Part shown: piece after piece, positions 59,501 through 64,000 of the stretch
Layout: each line of letters opens with the position of its first letter
Position numbering within the stretch: position 1 is the first letter of the stretch
DNA from: an uncultured virus (IMG/VR IMGVR_UViG_3300003937_000092)
Taxonomy: Duplodnaviria; Heunggongvirae; Uroviricota; Caudoviricetes
DNA length: 64,000 bases
IMG/VR virus record: IMGVR_UViG_3300003937_000092
Coordinates: 1 to 64,000 of that record
Strand: one strand, 5' to 3'
Program-made: the position numbers and the translations under genes
The notes under the pieces: generated by a model
What the model was told of the DNA's origin: nothing
Seen by the model: the letters and a program-made list of their open reading frames with translations, nothing else
Databases searched by the model: none

Positions 59501-61829
59501 TTGCTCCTTGTGGTCCTTGTGGACCAAGTAATCCTTTTCGACCTTTTAAACCTTTGAGACCTTTATCACCTTTATTACCGGTCAGACCTTTATCGGATTG
59601 AGGACCTGTTGGTCCCGTATCTCCTTGGCTAGCTATTAGACCTTTGACACCTTTAATACCTTTAAGACCTTTATTACCTCTTCTACCTTTAATACCTTTT
59701 TCACCTTTATCGGTAGAAGTTTCACCTCTACCACCTGTAGGTCCTTGGTCACCATCAGGACCTATTTGACCTTTGGGTGAAACACCTATGGAACCATCAG
59801 GTCCTTTAATACCTTTTGGTCCAACAACTCCAACTTCACCTTTTGGACCTTTTAAATCACCAACAGGTCCATCAACACCGATAGGTCCCTTTTCACCTAC
59901 CACACCTTTTGTTCCACTATCGGTATCAGGTCCTTTAGCCCCTTTTAAACCTTTTAATCCTTTTAATCCTTTTAATCCTTTAGTTCCTTTATCGTCACCA
60001 GCGATTCCTTTATTACCTTCGTCACCAGTTTCACCTTGTTGTCTTAGAAAAGACGTTAAAGCGTTTGTAACAACGGATTCCGTAAAATTACTAACAGTAG
60101 GGTCAACATCAAATCCAAAATGTTTTAGTCCTGAACCATTTTTAAAACTACTTTCTAAATTTGTATAACAAGTTTCAGACGTTAAACCTGAATATACATT
60201 TGTTCTTGTTAATGCACTTAAATTTAAGTTTTCAGGACCAACTGAAGTTATGTTATCACCATATCTGTTTAAAAACTCATTACTAGTGATGGTACTACCC
60301 TCAATTGCTGCTACTGCATGTTGAACAAACGCATAAGTTGAAGTACCTCTAAGTGGGTTTACAACTGGATAAACTAAACCTTGAGCATTACCCCCTCTAT
60401 TGGATATAATATCTTCATATACTTGAACATAAGAACAGTAATCGTGTAAATACCTATTCGTATATTCATCACCCGCATTATTATTCCAATAATTACCATT
60501 TAATTCAAATGGTTTATTATACAAATCACTCTTAGTTGGATTACTATTAGTCCCACCTACCTGTCCATGATATAAACCAACAAGACCATCTGACTCATCA
60601 GCAACAATAATTACCAAATAGTTAGTATTATCACCACCAAATGAACCTTGTCCCGATGTTTCCGTATTATTTAAATCACTATGGTCAAAAGGTACACCCT
60701 GAGATATTGTTTCAGCGGCACCTGTATCTAAATTAACACCTCTGTTAATTCTTCTATATATCGTTTCACCATCATTAAATTGTGAGTTTCTTGGTACACA
60801 ATTACCACCTGAGTTAGACTTACAATAATCAGATTGATAAGTTGCATTAGGTACAGCACTATTAAATTCATTAATTTGTGTGTTATCAGATAAGGTACCT
60901 CCGGATAGTGAACCAAGATATGGGTAAGATGCCCACCATAACCAGTTTTCACCATTATGAGAATTTTTACCAATTACCCCCTCGTATAGTTTATTAATAT
61001 CACCATCACCATTTACCGTTTGGAACCAATCTCTAACACTCTGCGAAGCTTCTTTAGCTTTATCACTTGGCATTGATGTCGCGTCATAGAAAACATAAAC
61101 ATCTACATTTGCAGTAATCCCAATTGGTCCTTGAGGTCCTTTTACACCTACCTCACCTTTTGGACCAATTGGTCCTTTATTAGTACCTGTGGGTCCTTGG
61201 TTACCTTTACTCGCCGATAATCCTGTAGGACCTTTCAGTGAGTCACCAATTAATCCCTTTATACCTTTATTACCTTTGAAACCTTTAAACCCTTGTGGTC
61301 CTACTGGACCTTTTAAAGATGTCGGACCTATTGGTCCTGTATTACCCTGAGGACCTATTTGACCTTTGACACCTGTTGGCCCTATAGGTCCTTGGTTAGC
61401 CTTTTCTCCTTTGATACCTTTTAACCCCTTAGTACCTTGGTCACCCTGTGGACCTTGTTCAGTAGAAGTTATACCTTTTAAACCTTTTTTACCTTTTAAA
61501 CCTTTTTCTCCATCAACCGCTCTACTACCCTTAAGACCTGTAGGTCCATTTGGACCTTGTGTACCAGTCGGTCCAATCATATTCATAGGGTAACCCTTCC
61601 ACTTACCTAAGTCATCAATTAGTTCGTTACTATTCTCTTTCTTTACTGAAACAGACGGCATAAACTTTATATTATCTAACTCTAAGTTTGAAGTAATTTT
61701 AAAATCATTACCTAAGTGGGTGTTGAAATTTAATTCACCACTATTATAGTCAATATTAATCATAGTACTATTAGTACCTGAAAAACTGATTGTCCCACCC
61801 GTTGGATTTATTTTAATGTCTCTACCCAT
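56508..61829 (-). CDS. Collagen-like tail fibre with vWA-like insert, Cys-rich domain and S74 chaperone
   Basis: Gly-X-Y tracts; VYVFYDATS...LVIIVADES insert; SDSRLKH...IGMIAQEI. Confidence 0.9.
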   Translation of the reverse strand: MGRDIKINPTGGTISFSGTNSTMINIDYNSGELNFNTHLGNDFKITSNLELDNIKFMPSVSVKKENSNELIDDLGKWKGYPMNMIGPTGTQGPNGPTGLKGSRAVDGEKGLKGKKGLKGITSTEQGPQGDQGTKGLKGIKGEKANQGPIGPTGVKGQIGPQGNTGPIGPTSLKGPVGPQGFKGFKGNKGIKGLIGDSLKGPTGLSASKGNQGPTGTNKGPIGPKGEVGVKGPQGPIGITANVDVYVFYDATSMPSDKAKEASQSVRDWFQTVNGDGDINKLYEGVIGKNSHNGENWLWWASYPYLGSLSGGTLSDNTQINEFNSAVPNATYQSDYCKSNSGGNCVPRNSQFNDGETIYRRINRGVNLDTGAAETISQGVPFDHSDLNNTETSGQGSFGGDNTNYLVIIVADESDGLVGLYHGQVGGTNSNPTKSDLYNKPFELNGNYWNNNAGDEYTNRYLHDYCSYVQVYEDIISNRGGNAQGLVYPVVNPLRGTSTYAFVQHAVAAIEGSTITSNEFLNRYGDNITSVGPENLNLSALTRTNVYSGLTSETCYTNLESSFKNGSGLKHFGFDVDPTVSNFTESVVTNALTSFLRQQGETGDEGNKGIAGDDKGTKGLKGLKGLKGLKGAKGPDTDSGTKGVVGEKGPIGVDGPVGDLKGPKGEVGVVGPKGIKGPDGSIGVSPKGQIGPDGDQGPTGGRGETSTDKGEKGIKGRRGNKGLKGIKGVKGLIASQGDTGPTGPQSDKGLTGNKGDKGLKGLKGRKGLLGPQGPQGAIADQGAQGPVSQDGEGADKGLKGLKGLKGLKGKKGIDGTKGPQGPTSQGNELGPTGEKGQRGPQGDKGNKGYKGLKGKKGVKGPKGPKGLIASQGDGGPQGPTGPVADQGNKGLKGLKGNKGFKGLKGLIGPQGNKGLKASQGDAGPQGPESIKGQKGYKGIKGQKGYKGPQGNKGPKGLKGLKGVTGDKGLISVSAGDKGIKGQKGFRATDGDKGIKGQKGYKGPDGSRGTTSTVKGLKGQKGLKGLRATDGVKGSKGLIGIKGPRGPQGGRGTTTGTGGEQGPQGPTGPAAFKGLKGIKGYKGPKGPKGPKGTQSTSQGPTGPGGDNGPTAYKGLKGQKGIKGAYGPKGPIGSATGDGGPQGPTGDNGPTAFKGLKGLKGHKGYKGPKGPQGPSTADGGPQGPTGPAAFKGIKGKKGTKGPKGYKGPLGPQGATTGVAGDKGPRGPQGQTGPTAFKGLKGTKGLIGPKGPTGNQGTQSGPTGPTGAGGPAAFKGLKGLKGHKGYKGPLGPQGTGSSVKGYKGERGPNGPTAQNGDTGPTGLKGPKGPQGPTGPQSTSKGPKGAVGIGGPAAFKGLKGITGEKGLKGQLGPTGPANSDKGTRGPQGTTNTTKGPKGPKGPQGGRGPQGGRGLIGTQSTSQGPTGPIGPLGPKGLKGHKGIKGYKGPRGPQGSKGSQSSKTGPRGPQGPRGNASTDKGQTGIAGNPGPQGPTGPKGYKGYKGPKGYKGRQGGSGPQGLQGPQGPRGPQGSDGPAALSGPTGPKGLKGNKGIKGPTGGAFCFAHDIAVRAGEDCAYCNGRSSPCGDKVNLTVYKGDIQPLAQGDILYTDPDCKDCREFEGLPCMRNLSTDFITIWDAVNLGGVLFSWVITPPPKSVVNACEIYACADCRASDSRLKHGTKTLSDSLNKLLKINVTEYDWNENYTGYDFLKERQKLHSIGMIAQEINLLYPEVVYRRDDGYLAIKYYKLNALIIEAIKSQQVFIEDIEEQINWLRTQID

Positions 61830-64000
61830 TTAAAATTTTTGATTTTAATATGTTAATTCTATCTGTTATATTTTCAATACGTGTGTTTTGTTCTTGTATA
61901 GAACCTATACCAATCGCAACTAATTTACCGTACTCAAGTTTTAGATAACCACTCTCACTATTAAATACAACTTCAGGTATAACTTTTTCAATATCTTGAG
62001 CGATAAATCCAAAATCTTCACCATAATTATTTTCAAATTTAGTTGACCCACCTTTCCATGTAAACTTTACACCGTCAATTAATTTTAACTTACTTAGATT
62101 ACCTTTTAAAGATTTAATATTATTTTTTAATCTTTTATCTGATGCTGGACCTTGTAGTCCCTGTGGTCCTTGTAAACCTCTTGGTCCTTTTGGACCTTTA
62201 GGTCCTTGTCCACCAGTTGGCCCTGTCGCACCACCACTACCAGCCGGTCCTTGTGGTCCTGTCGGTCCCTGTGGTCCACTTGTTCCTTGTCCTCCTCTTG
62301 GTCCCGTACTACCAATTGGCCCTCTTAGTCCTTTTACCCCCTTTACTGTTGATGTTGGTCCTTTTGGTCCTATCGGACCTTTATCCGTACTTGCCGGACC
62401 TTGTGGTCCTGTTGGACCTGTTGGTCCAAGGTCATTACCAATTGGCCCTGTTGGTCCTTTTACTGTTGAAGTATTACCTTGCGGACCTATTGGTCCTTGA
62501 CTACCTTGTTTTTCAATAGGGCCTTTTAGTCCTTTAAGACCCTTTAACCCTTTTTCAGTACCTGCTGGTCCTTGTGGTCCCGTTGGTCCATTTGAACCTC
62601 CACCACCTGTTGGCCCTGTTGGACCACCTGACCCATTTGACCCACCTGGACCTGTTGGTCCATTTGAACCTCTTGGTCCTTTATAACCTTTTATACCTTT
62701 ATCTGTAGATTGTAGACCTCTTGGTCCTTGTGAGCCTTGTGGTCCTCTATTTCCTTTAGGTCCTTTACTACCTTGTAGACCTTTAAGACCTTTATCTGTA
62801 CCTATAAAACCTTTTTGACCTTTATCTGTAGATTGAGAACCTTGTGGTCCCTTAATACCTTTACGTCCCTTTGGCCCTTTTCGCCCTTTTAATCCTTTAA
62901 CACCCTGTAGACCCCTTTCTGAACTTGACGGTCCTATTGGTCCTTTTACTGTTGAATCATTTCCTCTTGACCCTTGAGGTCCTTGATTACCTCTATTACC
63001 CTTCGGCCCTTTTGGCCCTTTAAGTCCCTTTAAACCTTTTTCAGTACTTGGCTGTCCTTTTAATCCTTTTACTGTTGAATCATTTCCTCTTGGTCCTTGC
63101 GGTCCTCGTATACCTTTATCACCTTTTATTCCTGAATCACCAACTGCACCTTTTTGACCTTTAGTATTATTAGTTGGACCTTTTGGTCCTTGTGTAGTTG
63201 AAGCTGAACCTCTTGGTCCTTGCGGTCCTTGCGACCCCTGATTTCCTCGATTACCTTTAACTCCTTTTAAACCTTTTGGACCTTTAGTTGTATTATCTAT
63301 CCCTTTAAACCCTTTAACCGTTGAATTGGCTCCTCTAACACCTTGTGGTCCTTGGTTACCTCTATTACCCTTTGGCCCTTTTAAACCTTTTAGTCCTTTT
63401 AGCCCTTTTTCAGAATTATTTGGTCCTTTCGCCCCTTTTACTATTGATGTCGCACCTTGTGCCCCTCTATTACCAACAGAACCTCTTGGCCCTTTAGGTC
63501 CTTTATAACCTTTCTGTCCTTTAATACCTTTAGTAGTACTGGTTATACCTTTATACCCCTTTACGGTTGATGTTGCTCCTTGTGGTCCTCTTGGACCTTG
63601 ACTACCTCTATTACCTTTAACTCCTTTTAAACCCTTTAACCCTTTATGACCTTTAGTGTCATTGGTTGGACCTTGTGGACCCGTTGGTCCTGCAGCGGCT
63701 TGGTCCCCCTGTGGTCCCTGTGGACCTTTTTGACCTTTATCAGTAGATTGTTTTCCTTGTTGTCCTCTATTACCAACCGGACCTCTATCGGTACTTGCCG
63801 GTCCTGTTGGTCCTTGTGCGGCTTGACTCCCTCTACTTCCTTGTGGACCTTTTTGACCCTTATCAGTAGATTGTGAACCTCTATCGCCTTGAGGACCCTT
63901 AAGTCCTTTTTCCTCAGACTGTGGACCTCTATTACCTTTGTCGGATGATACACCAATATTACCTCTGTTACCTGTTGGCCCTTGCGGTCCTTTACCTCCT
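61822..64000 (-). CDS. Third collagen-like tail fibre with S74 chaperone (5' end beyond window; not in ORF track)
   Basis: Gly-X-Y codons to window edge; [12 protein letters not shown]...[16 protein letters not shown]...ILNG-stop at 61822. Confidence 0.88.
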   Translation of the reverse strand, partial: GGKGPQGPTGNRGNIGVSSDKGNRGPQSEEKGLKGPQGDRGSQSTDKGQKGPQGSRGSQAAQGPTGPASTDRGPVGNRGQQGKQSTDKGQKGPQGPQGDQAAAGPTGPQGPTNDTKGHKGLKGLKGVKGNRGSQGPRGPQGATSTVKGYKGITSTTKGIKGQKGYKGPKGPRGSVGNRGAQGATSIVKGAKGPNNSEKGLKGLKGLKGPKGNRGNQGPQGVRGANSTVKGFKGIDNTTKGPKGLKGVKGNRGNQGSQGPQGPRGSASTTQGPKGPTNNTKGQKGAVGDSGIKGDKGIRGPQGPRGNDSTVKGLKGQPSTEKGLKGLKGPKGPKGNRGNQGPQGSRGNDSTVKGPIGPSSSERGLQGVKGLKGRKGPKGRKGIKGPQGSQSTDKGQKGFIGTDKGLKGLQGSKGPKGNRGPQGSQGPRGLQSTDKGIKGYKGPRGSNGPTGPGGSNGSGGPTGPTGGGGSNGPTGPQGPAGTEKGLKGLKGLKGPIEKQGSQGPIGPQGNTSTVKGPTGPIGNDLGPTGPTGPQGPASTDKGPIGPKGPTSTVKGVKGLRGPIGSTGPRGGQGTSGPQGPTGPQGPAGSGGATGPTGGQGPKGPKGPRGLQGPQGLQGPASDKRLKNNIKSLKGNLSKLKLIDGVKFTWKGGSTKFENNYGEDFGFIAQDIEKVIPEVVFNSESGYLKLEYGKLVAIGIGSIQEQNTRIENITDRINILKSKILNG

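Noticed and set aside
53494..63956. Many short alternative-frame and antisense ORFs over the collagen genes
   Set aside because: Shadows of Gly-X-Y codon periodicity
52900..64000. Repeats as CRISPR array or satellite
   Set aside because: In-frame degenerate 9-nt coding repeats, no repeat-spacer structure
1..64000. Alternative genetic code (stop reassignment)
   Set aside because: Conserved genes are full length under code 11 and TAA, TAG and TGA all occur as plausible stops

Overview
AT-rich, gene-dense 64 kb segment of a large tailed bacteriophage, very probably infecting a Bacteroidota (Flavobacteriia-like) host. This is inferred from TTTG-N19/20-TAnnTTTG promoters, absence of obvious Shine-Dalgarno sites, and DUF2805/DUF2452-type genes. 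It contains many hypothetical genes preceded by a phage-type ATATTTAT motif, a complete thymidylate cycle (thyA, folA, glyA), sugar-nucleotide and glycosylation genes (rmlC, rmlD, GT11, cytidylyltransferase), lysis/peptidoglycan enzymes, a DNA methyltransferase, and three giant Lys-rich collagen fibre genes with S74 chaperone domains. The most unusual signals are: (1) a ~65-nt 3'-UTR element carrying two arms complementary to contiguous 23S rRNA positions ~1911-1940 in permuted order; (2) a ~0.85 kb highly structured ncRNA (GOLLD-like) with rRNA-operon-style tandem promoters, boxA and terminator; (3) a lipoprotein with a GH7-like glycoside hydrolase domain next to a sulfatase; (4) a lysyl-hydroxylase-like oxygenase in a genome with G-X-K collagens; (5) a shared N-terminal leader on many proteins, including two nuclease-like paralogs and a DHH-PGBD-GH19 fusion; (6) a ~1.9 kb origin/terminus-like largely non-coding region; and (7) small ORFs below the track cutoff (metallothionein-like, CDGSH). 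All family assignments are by eye from motifs; no searches were run.
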